DNA of 64,000 nt from Candidatus Methylomirabilota bacterium. Lineage in GTDB: Bacteria > Methylomirabilota > Methylomirabilia > Rokubacteriales > CSP1-6. The DNA is taken from the NCBI GenBank assembly GCA_035762565.1, contig DASTOJ010000015.1:11028-75027 (forward strand), in the 5' to 3' direction. This document shows positions 1 to 10,099 of this stretch, piece after piece. The notes under the pieces were generated by a model. The model was given only the letters and a program-made list of their open reading frames with translations, searched no databases and was not told the DNA's origin. Within the stretch, counting starts at the first letter, position 1. Every line of letters begins with the position of its first letter. Made by a program: the position numbers and the translations under genes.

Positions 1-636
<636 letters not shown>

Positions 637-844
637 CTAGCCCAGCGAGGGCCCGCCCTCGAATTCTTTGCGGCCCGCACAGTCCACCGTGACCGTGCCC
701 GCCATCGGCCCGGTGCGCAGCACCGTGACCGTCAGCGCCGGCGACACCTCGCTCACGGTGTAGCTCGCCGCCGCGAACCGCACCCGCGGGGCGTCGTCCT
801 GGATCGTCAGGGTGACCGTGCTCGGCTGGCCGATCCCATCCGGG

Positions 845-3235
845 TCACGGTGACAGCGCGCTCGCCGCCCCCTCCAGCGCCCGAGATACCGCGGCGCCGA
901 ACTGCACCGTCGCCGTCCGGTCGTTGTCCGTGATCGTCACCGTCGTGCTGCTCGGCGTCCCCAGAGTCGCCTCCCCGGTGGGATTGCCGAGCCTCAGGAT
1001 CACCGTCTCATCCGACTCCGCCACGCCGTCGTCCACGATCAACAGCCGGATCAGCGCGGACTTCTGCCCGGCCGCGAACGTGACCGTGCCGCCGGCCAGC
1101 GAGTAGTCCCCGCCTCCGCCCGTCGCCGTCCCTCCCACCACCGCGTAATCTACCGTCACTCCGCTCGCCGCACCCCCCGTCCGCACCACCGTCACGTCGT
1201 ACGTCCTCCGGCTCTCCGCCACCACGTGGCTGGCCGCCCCGAACGCGATTCGTTCCCCCGCGTCGTTGTCCGCGATCGTCAGGACCGCCGTCCGCTGTGC
1301 CCCCCGGATCGTCCCCGCGCTCGGGTTGCGCAGTACCAGCAGCACCGTCTCCGCCCCTTCCGGGAGAGTGTCCGCCGCCGTGGCCACCGTGAACGTCCGG
1401 GTGCGGATCCCCGCCGGGAATGTCAGCGTGCCTGAGCCAGGCGTGTAATCGGACCCCGCCGTCGCCGTCCCATCGCTCGTGACCCACTCGATCGTGGCGC
1501 TGCGGCTCGCCGGCCCCCGGCGCGCCACGGTGATCGTCGCCACGCCCCCCTCGGTGACCGTGTACGCCGCCGTCGCGAACTCGAACGCCGTCTCGTCGAT
1601 CGTCACCGTCGTGCGCCGCATGACGCCCAGCGCGGCGCCACCGGCGGGATTCGACAGCGTCAGAACCAGGGTCTCCGAGCCCTCCAGCAGCGCGTCGCCC
1701 ACCACCGTGATCGGGATCATGACCTGCGTCACGCCGCGGCCGAACGTCACCGACCCGCTTCCCCCGACCGTGAAGTCGATCCCCGGCGTCGCGCTGCCGC
1801 CCGTGACCGTGTACGCCGCCCGGGCACCGGCCGCGGTCCCTCCCGTGCGCTTCACCGGCACCTGGTACGTGCCGGCGCCCTCGTCCGCCACGTACTGCAC
1901 CGCCCCGAACTGGATCGTGCCGGCCACGTCGCTGTCCGTGATCGTCAGCGTCGCCGTGCTCGGCGTCCCCAGCCCGGCCCCCACGGGGTTCGTGAGCCGC
2001 AGCCCCACGGTCTTCGCGCCGTCCGCCACGTCGTCGTCCAGCACGGGCACCGTGAACGTCCGGCTCGTCTGGCCCGCCGCGAACGTCAGCGTCCCCGCCA
2101 CCGGGGTGAAGTCCCCGCCCGGTCCGGGGGTCGCGCTGCCGGTGGCCGTCGTGGCGTAGCCCACCGTCACGACGCCTGCCGTGCTGCCGGCCCGGCTCAC
2201 CGTGATCGTGGCCGCCCCAGCCGTCTCGGCGACGGTGTAGCTCGTCGCCCTGAACCGCAGATTCGGCTCGTCGTCGGTGATCGTGACCGTCGCGCGGCTG
2301 GCGGCGCCCAGCACGGCCCCGCCCCCCGGGTTGCTCAGCGCGAGCGCGATCGTCTCCGACCCCTCCACCGCCGTGTCCTGCCGGGTGGTCACCGTGAACG
2401 TGCGCCTCGCCTGGTTGGCGGCGAACGTCAGCGTCCCGGCGGCGGCGGTGTAGTCTGCACCGGCGGCGGCGGTGCCGTTGCCCGTCGTGTAGTTCACCGT
2501 GACGCCGCCGTGCGTTCCGCCCGTCCGCGTCACGGTAATCGTGGCCGTTCCGCCCTCGATCACCGGGTAGTCCGGCCGGCTGAACTGCAGAACGGCGGGG
2601 ACGGCCGTGGCGCCGACGCCGCTCGCGGGTCGTGACACGTTGCCGGCGCTCGTCGTGATGTTCACGCTGCCGACGAAGGTCTGCCCGGTCAGCGGCGCGA
2701 ACCGGACCCTTACCACCTGACTGGCGCCCGGGGCCACGCTCAGGCTGCCCCCGAGGACGATGCTGAAGGGCGCGGCCGTCGTCACGCTGCCCGTGACGGC
2801 CGTCGGGCCGAGATTCTGGACCGTGAGGTCCAGCGTGGACGCCGAGCCGACTCTTACGCTGCCGAAGGTCAGTGCCGCGGGCGTCACGTCGAGACCGGCG
2901 AGCGCGACGCCGCTCACCGAGGGGCTGCAGGCGCTCTCGTTGCCGCTCGTGTCCACGGCGCTGACCCGGACGACGTACGTCGTCCCCGGGGTCAGCGCCG
3001 TGAGTGTCGCCGAGAACCTGTCGCCGGGGGCCGGGCTGCGAGCCGGCGCGTTGAGCGCCTGGCAGCTCGCGCCCGGGCACGAGGGCATGGACGTCCCCAC
3101 GTAGACGCGATAGCCCTGCAGATCGCGCAGCGGCGAGCCGTCAGCGTTCGTGGTCGGGGCGTTCCAGGCGAGACGCAGGAAGCCGGCGTGACCCACCGTC
3201 GGCACCGCGCTGAGCAGCAGCACGAGCGCCGGCAA
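845..3235 (-). CDS. Secreted FN3 + ASH/PapD-like + 5-6x Calx-beta repeat surface protein
   Basis: 796-aa ORF with a short hydrophobic N-terminus and an FN3-like segment (LAWNAPTTNADGSPL..YRVYVG..TYVVRVSAVDTSGNES). It then has repeated ~100-aa units ending in TITDDE/TITDSD/TIADND/TITDND with internal G.DY...G.L.F..G...(K/R)TF.V and EG.ET..L.LSNP, the Calx-beta signature. Confidence 0.8.
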   Translation of the reverse strand: MPALVLLLSAVPTVGHAGFLRLAWNAPTTNADGSPLRDLQGYRVYVGTSMPSCPGASCQALNAPARSPAPGDRFSATLTALTPGTTYVVRVSAVDTSGNESACSPSVSGVALAGLDVTPAALTFGSVRVGSASTLDLTVQNLGPTAVTGSVTTAAPFSIVLGGSLSVAPGASQVVRVRFAPLTGQTFVGSVNITTSAGNVSRPASGVGATAVPAVLQFSRPDYPVIEGGTATITVTRTGGTHGGVTVNYTTGNGTAAAGADYTAAAGTLTFAANQARRTFTVTTRQDTAVEGSETIALALSNPGGGAVLGAASRATVTITDDEPNLRFRATSYTVAETAGAATITVSRAGSTAGVVTVGYATTATGSATPGPGGDFTPVAGTLTFAAGQTSRTFTVPVLDDDVADGAKTVGLRLTNPVGAGLGTPSTATLTITDSDVAGTIQFGAVQYVADEGAGTYQVPVKRTGGTAAGARAAYTVTGGSATPGIDFTVGGSGSVTFGRGVTQVMIPITVVGDALLEGSETLVLTLSNPAGGAALGVMRRTTVTIDETAFEFATAAYTVTEGGVATITVARRGPASRSATIEWVTSDGTATAGSDYTPGSGTLTFPAGIRTRTFTVATAADTLPEGAETVLLVLRNPSAGTIRGAQRTAVLTIADNDAGERIAFGAASHVVAESRRTYDVTVVRTGGAASGVTVDYAVVGGTATGGGGDYSLAGGTVTFAAGQKSALIRLLIVDDGVAESDETVILRLGNPTGEATLGTPSSTTVTITDNDRTATVQFGAAVSRALEGAASALSP

Positions 3236-3498
3236 CAGATGGCGTCTTGCCCGAGACGTCGCGAGCCGAGACCCACAACCTCCAGGTCGGGTTGCCGTGA
3301 TACAACCCTCCGGGGTTCCGAGAGTGAATCCCGGGCGAGCCGGAGGGCACGCACCGGGCGGTCATTTGCACGCTCATCGCACGGCCAGGTACTGCCGGTT
3401 CGATGGTCGCCCCCGGTACGGAACCGCACCGGCTAGCGCCCGGCAGGCAGCGTACCACTAACCGGCGGGATCGGACGGTCGTTGAAGCTGCTCCAGGG

Positions 3499-4413
3499 TC
3501 AGGAGCGCATGGACTCGATGGTCGTGGTCAGTCCAAGCTCGAGCGAGATCCGCGGAACCCACTCGAGGACAGTGCCGGCGCGAGTGTTGTCGAGAACGCT
3601 CCGGCGGACGTCGCCCGGGCGGGCCGGCGCGTACTCGGGGCGGCTCGACACGCCGAGGGCAGCGCACATCCGCTGGTGGAGCGTGTTGACTGACGTCTCG
3701 CGCGCCGTGGCGATGTTCACCACTCCCGCGACGTCCCGCGTGAGCGCCGACAGCGCGGCCGCGGCCACGTCTCCGACGTAGATGTAGTCGCGCGTCTGCT
3801 CGCCGTCCCCGTAGATCCGGCAGCGCTGGCCGCTCAGCAGCCGCTGGGCGAAGATCGCCACTACGCCCGCCTCGCCATCCGCCCGTTGGCGGGGCCCGTA
3901 GACGTTGGCCAGCCGGAGGGACATGCCTGTCATCGAGCTCAGGCCGGTCCAGCACTCGAGGTAGCGCTCGGCAGTCACCTTCGACACCCCGTAGGGCGAC
4001 ACCGCGCGCGCCGGGTGGTCCTCGGGTGTCGGGAGGTTCGTGGTGTCCCCGTACGCCGCGCCGCCAGTCGAGATGTACACGACGCGCTCGGTTCCGGCGG
4101 CGCGCCCGGCCTCGAGCAGGTTGATCGTGCCCAGGATGTTGACCGCGGCGTCGAACTGGGGATCCTCCACCGAGCGCGGCACGGCCGCCTGGGCGGCCAG
4201 ATGCACGATCGCGCGGGGCCCGACCTCCCTGACCACGTGCGACAACTGCCGGCTCCGGATGTCGCACACATGCAGCGTGGCCGCCGCGTTCACATTCTCG
4301 CGTTGGCCGGTGCTGAGATCGTCGACGACGGCGACAGCGTGGCCGTCGGCCACCAAGCGATCCACCACGTGCGAGCCGACGAAGCCCGCGCCGCCGGTGA
4401 CGAGCACTTTCAT
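3499..4413 (-). CDS. NAD-dependent epimerase/dehydratase (UDP-glucose 4-epimerase family)
   Basis: MKVLVTGGAGFVGSH Rossmann motif, SPYGVSK catalytic YxxxK, 304 aa. Confidence 0.85.
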   Translation of the reverse strand: MKVLVTGGAGFVGSHVVDRLVADGHAVAVVDDLSTGQRENVNAAATLHVCDIRSRQLSHVVREVGPRAIVHLAAQAAVPRSVEDPQFDAAVNILGTINLLEAGRAAGTERVVYISTGGAAYGDTTNLPTPEDHPARAVSPYGVSKVTAERYLECWTGLSSMTGMSLRLANVYGPRQRADGEAGVVAIFAQRLLSGQRCRIYGDGEQTRDYIYVGDVAAAALSALTRDVAGVVNIATARETSVNTLHQRMCAALGVSSRPEYAPARPGDVRRSVLDNTRAGTVLEWVPRISLELGLTTTIESMRS

Positions 4414-4423
4414 GGCGCGAGCC

Positions 4424-5236
4424 TCACTTCGAGCGAACGGACTTGAGGAACCGCAGCACGGTCCGGTTGAAGAGCTCGGCGTGCTCCAGAAAGAAGCCGT
4501 GGGCGCCCGGCAGCACGGTCAGCCGCGCGCGCCGCAAGCCCTTGGCCAGCAGCCGGGAAAAGGCCGGCGGCGTGAGAATGTCGTCGGCGCCCACCAGCAC
4601 CAGCACCGGCGCCCGGATCGACGACAGGCGCTTCACGCGGGTGCCGTTCCACGCCATGATGCCCTTGCCCTGTCGCTCCATGGCCTCGGGCTTCGTCTGG
4701 TGCGGATAGGCCATGGCACGCTGGAAGGCCGCCTCGACGTTGTCCTTCCTCGCGAAGAACGCCGGCGTGAACAGCCACGGATAGACGACGTGGCGGAACC
4801 GCTCCTCGATGGGCACCCGGTAGGCCAGCGACACCCACGACTCGATCGTGTGCAGGAAGCGCGCGTCGCCCTCGGCCCACGTGCAGGCCAGCGTGAGGGA
4901 GCGCACGAGCCGGGGCTGGCGCAGCGCCAGCTCCATGGCGATGGTCCCACCCATCGAGGCGCCCACCACGTGCGCGCGCTCCAGCTTGAGGTAACGCAGC
5001 AGCGCGGCGGCGTCGTCGGCCATCTGACCGGTGGTGTACACCGGCTCGGGCGGCAGGTCGGTCTCCCCGACCCCGCGGTTGTCGAACGTGACGACGCGGA
5101 AGTGAGCGGCGAACGCCTTCACCTGGAGCGCCCAGCCGACGGACGGCGCCGACAGGCCGTTGATCAGCAGCACGGGCGCCCCCTGCCCGGCGACCTCGTA
5201 GTGCACCCGTATCCGGTTGAGCACGGTGTACGGCAT
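4424..5236 (-). CDS. Alpha/beta-fold hydrolase
   Basis: Start chosen at MPYTVLNRIRVHYEV (ATG 5236), 10 nt after the upstream gene's stop. It has LINGLS, FDNRGVGETD and the nucleophile elbow GASMGG. Confidence 0.8.
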   Translation of the reverse strand: MPYTVLNRIRVHYEVAGQGAPVLLINGLSAPSVGWALQVKAFAAHFRVVTFDNRGVGETDLPPEPVYTTGQMADDAAALLRYLKLERAHVVGASMGGTIAMELALRQPRLVRSLTLACTWAEGDARFLHTIESWVSLAYRVPIEERFRHVVYPWLFTPAFFARKDNVEAAFQRAMAYPHQTKPEAMERQGKGIMAWNGTRVKRLSSIRAPVLVLVGADDILTPPAFSRLLAKGLRRARLTVLPGAHGFFLEHAELFNRTVLRFLKSVRSK

Positions 5237-5246
5237 CAGAACGCGC

Positions 5247-6254
5247 TCACGAGGCGAGGACCGCGACCTTGATGGAGTCCGGCTTGCGGTGCGCGGCGAA
5301 GGCCTCCCCGATCGCATCCAGATCGAACCGGTGGGTGATCAGCGGGCGCATGCGCACGGTGCCGGCCGCGACGAGCCGCATCGCCTCGGGAAACTCGTCC
5401 TGGTAGATCATGGACCCGGCCAGGGTCACCTCCCGGCGCACGACCGAGAAGAACGCCACCGGCGTCGGCTCGTGCGGCAGACCCGTCAGCACCACCCGGC
5501 CGCCGGGCCGGACCAAGCCCAGCGCATGCGTCACCGCCTCGGCCGTCCCGGCGGTCTCGATCACCACGTCGACGCCCTCACGGCCGGAGAACGCGCGGGC
5601 GGCGGCGTCCACCGGCCCCTCGGCCAGCGCGTGAGTCGCCGCAGCGCCCAGCTCGTGGGCCAGCGCAAAGCGGCGGTCCGTACGGCTGACGACGAGCACC
5701 CGCACCCCGCGGCCACGCAGCACCTGAAGCGCCAGCAACCCGAGGGTGCCACCGCCCACGACCGCCGCGCACTCGTTCGGCGCGGCGCCGCTTCGCGCCA
5801 CGGCGCGGACGACCACCGCCAGCGGCTCGGTCATCAGCAAGTCCTCGTCCGCGACCCCGGCCGGCGCGGGCCAGCAGCAGCGCGCAGGCACTCTGACGCC
5901 CTCGGCGAAGCAGCCGTCCACGTCGATGCCGACGGCCGTGCGCGCCAGGCAGAGGTTACGGTTGCCCTCGCGGCAGAGCGGACAGGCGCCGCACGAATAG
6001 TTTGGCTCGATGGCGACGCGGTCGCCAACGTTCACGGCATCGACCCCCGCGCCCACCGCGTCCACACGGCCGACGAATTCGTGGCCGAGGACGCGCGGGT
6101 AGCGGACTGGCCGGTCGCCCGACCAGATCCGGTAGTCGGTGCCGCACAGCCCGGCCATCCCGACCCGGACCCTGACCTCCCCCTCCCCGGGTTCTGGGAC
6201 GGCCGCAGCCTCGACGCGCAGGTCCCGCGGGCCATGGAGTACCGCGGCTTTCAC
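5247..6254 (-). CDS. Zinc-dependent medium-chain alcohol/threonine-sorbitol dehydrogenase family oxidoreductase
   Basis: MKAAVLHGPRDLRVE...GLCGTDYRIW...LGHEFVG...structural-Zn Cys cluster (CGACPLCREGNRNLC), VVGGGTLG NAD motif. Confidence 0.85.
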   Translation of the reverse strand: MKAAVLHGPRDLRVEAAAVPEPGEGEVRVRVGMAGLCGTDYRIWSGDRPVRYPRVLGHEFVGRVDAVGAGVDAVNVGDRVAIEPNYSCGACPLCREGNRNLCLARTAVGIDVDGCFAEGVRVPARCCWPAPAGVADEDLLMTEPLAVVVRAVARSGAAPNECAAVVGGGTLGLLALQVLRGRGVRVLVVSRTDRRFALAHELGAAATHALAEGPVDAAARAFSGREGVDVVIETAGTAEAVTHALGLVRPGGRVVLTGLPHEPTPVAFFSVVRREVTLAGSMIYQDEFPEAMRLVAAGTVRMRPLITHRFDLDAIGEAFAAHRKPDSIKVAVLAS

Positions 6255-6287
6255 GGCCGAAAATCTACCTCACTGATCGAGGAATGC

Positions 6288-7040
6288 CTAGGCAGCGCTA
6301 TGGCCTCCGTCGAGAAAAATGGTCTGACCGGTCATAAAATCAGAGCCGGACGAGGCCAGGTAGACGGCCAGCGGACCGATCTCCTCCAGGCGTCCGGTGC
6401 GGCGGGCGGGGATGTCGCGGGTCAGGCGTTCGTTGGTCTTCGGATCCGCGAAGGCAGCCTCGTTCATCTCGGTCACGAACCAACCCGGCGCGATGGCGTT
6501 GACCTGGATGTTGTGGCGGGCCCACTCGACCGCCAGCGCCCCGGTCAGCGCGATGACGCCGCCCTTGGTCGCCGCGTACATGGTGTACCCCGGCAGACCC
6601 GCCCGCGCGAGCACCGAGGCGAGGTTGATGATCTTGCCCGCGCGCTGGCGGATGAGGAACGGCGCGGCCGCGCGGCAACCGTGGAAGACGCCCGAGAGGT
6701 TCACGTCGACGATCGCGCGCCAGTCGTCCAGCGAGGCTTCGGCGAGGGGCGCGACTCTGGCGATGCCGGCGTTGTTGACCACGACGTCGAGCCGCCCGAG
6801 CGCGCTCACCGTCTGCGACATCAGCGACTCGACCGCCGCGTACGACGCCACGTCGGTGGAGAGCGCCAGCGTCCGGGCGCCGTGCCGCTCGGCCTCGTGG
6901 GCGGTCTCCTCCAGGTCGCGCCGGCTGCGGGCCGCGAGGGCCACGTCGGCGCCGGCCGCGGCCAGCGCCAGCGCGATCGCCCGACCGAGCCCGCGGCTGG
7001 CGCCGGTGACGACGGCGACCTTGCCCCCGAGGACCTTCAG
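6288..7040 (-). CDS. Short-chain dehydrogenase/reductase (SDR); start codon unresolved
   Basis: The classical SDR core (NNAG, YxxxK as YAATK) lies in track ORF 6288..6944. The glycine motif GKVAVVTGASRGLG is in frame upstream of the first ATG/GTG/TTG. The only candidate start is CTG at 7040-7038, preceded by AGGGG. Confidence 0.7.
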   Translation of the reverse strand: MKVLGGKVAVVTGASRGLGRAIALALAAAGADVALAARSRRDLEETAHEAERHGARTLALSTDVASYAAVESLMSQTVSALGRLDVVVNNAGIARVAPLAEASLDDWRAIVDVNLSGVFHGCRAAAPFLIRQRAGKIINLASVLARAGLPGYTMYAATKGGVIALTGALAVEWARHNIQVNAIAPGWFVTEMNEAAFADPKTNERLTRDIPARRTGRLEEIGPLAVYLASSGSDFMTGQTIFLDGGHSAA

Positions 7041-7052
7041 GGCAGCCCCTGA

Positions 7053-8849
7053 CTAACCGTACAGACCCTCCAGCTCCTTCTTGTACTTCTCCGCCACCAC
7101 CTTGCGCTTCACCTTGAGGGTCGGCGTCAACTCGCCCCCCTCGAGGGTGAAGTCCCCGGACAGGATCGTGAACTTCTTGATCCTGGCGTACGACTGCAGG
7201 TTCGTGTTCTTCTCCTCGACCGTCCTGGCCACGCGCTCCACGACCTTGGGGTGTCGCGCCAGTGCCGCCGGGTCGGTCGTCAACACGCCCTGCTCCCGGG
7301 CGAACTTCCCCAGCTCGTCGGGGTTGAGGGTGATGAGCGCCACCGGGTATGGGCGGCGGTCGCCATGCACCAACACCTGGCTGATGAAGGGGTCGGCCTT
7401 GAGAAGGTTCTCGATGTTTTGCGGCGCGAGGTTCATGCCGCCGGCGGTCACGATGAGGTCCTTCTTCCGGTCGGTGATGAATAGAAATCCGTCCTCGTCG
7501 AGCCGGCCGATATCCCCGGTGTGGAACCACCCGCTCGGCTCGAACACCTCCCGCGTGGCCTCGGGTTGCTTGTAGTAGCCGCGGGTGGCGATGTTGGGGC
7601 CGCGCGCCAGGATCTCGCCGTCCGGCGCGATCTTGAGCTCGACGCCCGGCAGCGCCTGGCCGACCGAGCCGAACTTGAAGCGATCCGGCCGGTTGAAGGT
7701 CAGCGCCGGACACGTCTCGGTGAGGCCATAGCCCTCGAGCAGCAGGATGCCGGCGGCGTGGAAGAACTCGGCGATGTCACGGGACAGTGGAGCACCCCCG
7801 GAGACCGCCCACTGCAGCCGGCCCCCGAGCCGGGCGTGGAGCTTGGAGAACACGAGGGCGTGCGCCACCTTGCGCTTCAGCTCGAGGCCGGCGGGAACCG
7901 GCTGGCCGCGCTGCTGGTGGCGGCTGACGTCGCGCCCCACGGCCACCGCCCAGTCGAAGATCCGTCGCTTGAGTGGCGAGCCAGCCTGGGCGTTGGCCAG
8001 CACACCGGCGTACACCTTCTCGAAGACGCGCGGCACACTGCAGATGAAGTGCGGGCGGGTCTCCGGCAGGTTGTCACGCAGCTTGTCGAGGTTCTCGGCG
8101 AAGGCGGTCGTGAGCCCGTGGGCGACGCCGAGGAACGACTCGAGCCGGGCGAACGAGTGCGCCAGCGGAAGGAACAGCAGGTGGACCCAGCCCTGCTCGA
8201 CCGGTGTGGCCATTTTGGAGGCGGCCAGCGCGGCGACGTGGTTGCCGTGGGTCTGAACGACGCCCTTCGGCGGTCCGGTGGTGCCCGACGTGTAGACGAT
8301 CGAGGCGACGTCGTCGGGCCCCGTCGTCGTCACGCGCTCCGCCAGCGTCGACTTGTGGACCTCGGCGTTCTCCCGGCCCAGGCGACGGAGCGTCTCCCAC
8401 GTCATCACGGACTTCGGCGGCTGCGCCGCCTCGTAGCCGCCCATGACGATGACGTGCTCGAGGTTCGGGATGCGGTCACGGGCCTCGAGAACCTTTGCGA
8501 GCTGGCCGGCATCCTCGACGAACACGGTCCGCGCCCCCGAGTCATTGATCACGTACGCCACGAGGTCGGGAGGATAGCTCGGGTAGATCGGCACTGTGAT
8601 GCAGCCGGCACTGAAGATCGCGAAGTCCGCCTGTACCCACTCGGCGCGACTTGCCGACAGCAGCGCCACGGCGTCGCCCTTGCCACGCCCCAGCGCGATG
8701 AGACCGAGTGCCAGCTCCCGCACGCTGTCGCCCACCTCGCGCCAGGTGCGGGTCTGCCAGACTCCACCCACCTTGAACTGTTGCGCCGGCTTGGCGCCAC
8801 TGCTCTCCACACGGCTCCAGAACAGTTTGGCGAGCGTGTCCTCGGCCAT
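7053..8849 (-). CDS. Long-chain acyl-CoA synthetase (AMP-forming, FadD-like)
   Basis: AMP-binding motif YTSGTTGPPKGV, GYGLTE, TGDIG..DEDGF..DRKKD. Start taken at the second ATG (8849), which has GGGAGGG six nt upstream. Confidence 0.9.
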   Translation of the reverse strand: MAEDTLAKLFWSRVESSGAKPAQQFKVGGVWQTRTWREVGDSVRELALGLIALGRGKGDAVALLSASRAEWVQADFAIFSAGCITVPIYPSYPPDLVAYVINDSGARTVFVEDAGQLAKVLEARDRIPNLEHVIVMGGYEAAQPPKSVMTWETLRRLGRENAEVHKSTLAERVTTTGPDDVASIVYTSGTTGPPKGVVQTHGNHVAALAASKMATPVEQGWVHLLFLPLAHSFARLESFLGVAHGLTTAFAENLDKLRDNLPETRPHFICSVPRVFEKVYAGVLANAQAGSPLKRRIFDWAVAVGRDVSRHQQRGQPVPAGLELKRKVAHALVFSKLHARLGGRLQWAVSGGAPLSRDIAEFFHAAGILLLEGYGLTETCPALTFNRPDRFKFGSVGQALPGVELKIAPDGEILARGPNIATRGYYKQPEATREVFEPSGWFHTGDIGRLDEDGFLFITDRKKDLIVTAGGMNLAPQNIENLLKADPFISQVLVHGDRRPYPVALITLNPDELGKFAREQGVLTTDPAALARHPKVVERVARTVEEKNTNLQSYARIKKFTILSGDFTLEGGELTPTLKVKRKVVAEKYKKELEGLYG

Positions 8850-8965
8850 ACACATCCCTCCCGCCGGCCCCTTACCCGGGATCGCGGCGATGACCCGGAA
8901 GTCTGCAAACTCAGGGGGTTTCGTGACACTACCACTTCTGCCGATGACGCAATGCGAAATATTTC

Positions 8966-8994
8966 TTGCTCTTACTGACGCGACGCGTTATGGT
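8966..8994 (+). promoter_or_regulatory. Sigma70-like promoter for the phasin gene (TTGCTC-N17-TATGGT)
   Basis: TTGCTC at 8966-8971, exact 17-nt spacer, TATGGT at 8989-8994, in the only AT-rich patch of the 8850-9044 divergent intergenic region. It is abutted by the perfect palindrome GAAATATTTC (8956-8965). Confidence 0.45.
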
Positions 8995-9044
8995 GAGGCC
9001 CGTCCCGAGAGTACCGAACGGCGAAGCGAGGGACACCGAACACC

Positions 9045-9500
9045 ATGAAGGGAGCAGTCATGCACGACGCAAAGAAGGCTCAGGAGATGTTCACCCAGGG
9101 CTCGGGCAAGGCCGTCGAGACGGTGACGGTCTGGGCGGACGCCAACCAGCGCGTCCTCCGGGAGCTGGCCGAGCTGTCGGCCGCCGCCGCCAAGGAGGGC
9201 GTCCGGCTCTACTCGGAGCTGCAGCAGAGCGGGCTCGAGGCGCTGCGCGACGCGCAGGCCACCGCGCTGCGCTGGCAGTCGACCTGGCAGGAGGCGCCGC
9301 GCGATCCCCTGGCGTGGTATCAGCGCGCGCTGACCGACGGGGTGGAGAGCACGCAGAAGTGGTTCCGCATGCTGGAGGGCAACGCGCAGGCCATGACGCG
9401 CACGGCCGAGCGGCTGCAGGCGACCGCCGAGCAGACTGGCAAGGGAATCCAGGAGTCGTTCTCGGAGGCGGCCACCAAGCTCAAAGAGGTCTACGCGTAG
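9045..9500 (+). CDS. Phasin-like PHA granule-associated protein (alternative start ATG 9060 has the better SD, AAGGGAG)
   Basis: 151-aa low-complexity helical Ala/Glu/Gln-rich protein with no Cys, located beside phaR and the PHA synthase genes. Confidence 0.6.
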   Translation: MKGAVMHDAKKAQEMFTQGSGKAVETVTVWADANQRVLRELAELSAAAAKEGVRLYSELQQSGLEALRDAQATALRWQSTWQEAPRDPLAWYQRALTDGVESTQKWFRMLEGNAQAMTRTAERLQATAEQTGKGIQESFSEAATKLKEVYA

Positions 9501-9501
9501 C

Positions 9502-10005
9502 CTATCCCTCGGCCTTGCGCTTCTGAAGCCGCTCCTCGAGCGAGCGGAGGCGGTCGCGCAAGGCCGTCACTTCCTCCCGCAGCTTGTCGGCGTCGTCTCC
9601 GCCGCCGTCGCGCCGGGCCTCGGCGGCCGGGGCGGCCGCCCCCATCGCCCCCCATCCGGCCCGCAGGGACCAGTCGCGGAAGATCCGCTCCATGTCGCGC
9701 TGACTGGAGATCATCCCCTCCAGGCTGGCCCGCATCGACTTCTGCACGAAGTCCTGCCAGCTCTCGCCGTGCTTGATGAGCTGGTGGAGGAACGCGGCGG
9801 GCAGCGTCGCGCGCCGGGTGCGCTCGTTCTCGAGGATGATCTGCGTGAGCGTGACGGACGTGAGATCCTCGCCGGAGGCAGCGTCCACGACGGAGATCTC
9901 GCGGCCGCCCCGGATCATCTCCTCGATCTCCTCGAGGGTGACGTACCGGCTCTCCTGCGTGTCGTAGAGCTTGCGGTTGGAGTAGCGCTTGATGACGTAC
10001 GCCAT
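9502..10005 (-). CDS. phaR: Polyhydroxyalkanoate synthesis repressor PhaR
   Basis: N-terminus MAYVIKRYSNRKLYDTQESRYVTLEEIEEMIRGG...DLTSVTLTQIILE is the conserved PhaR DNA-binding signature. Confidence 0.9.
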   Translation of the reverse strand: MAYVIKRYSNRKLYDTQESRYVTLEEIEEMIRGGREISVVDAASGEDLTSVTLTQIILENERTRRATLPAAFLHQLIKHGESWQDFVQKSMRASLEGMISSQRDMERIFRDWSLRAGWGAMGAAAPAAEARRDGGGDDADKLREEVTALRDRLRSLEERLQKRKAEG

Positions 10006-10099
10006 CGTCGAGGGAGTCTAACACCACGCGTCAACGCTCACAAGACGCGGCCGTGCTAGACTGACGATCTTCACACGCGCGAGCAGGAGGACGTTCACC

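Noticed and set aside
1008-3080. 690-aa ORF in an alternative frame of the Calx-beta gene.
   Set aside because: The translation is Arg/Gly/Asp/His-rich low-complexity with no motifs. The overlapping frame (845..3235) has clear repeat-domain structure. This is a typical high-GC artefact.
3236-3498. 263-bp leader upstream of the Calx-beta gene, scanned for a riboswitch or RNA gene.
   Set aside because: Only short local hairpins are present (e.g. GGGTTG-N8-CAACCC). No motif I can assign to a known RNA family.
5217-7052. 611-aa plus-strand ORF spanning three minus-strand genes.
   Set aside because: It is antisense to the well-supported Zn-ADH and SDR genes. Its composition is dominated by R/G/A/P/H and no domain is recognisable.
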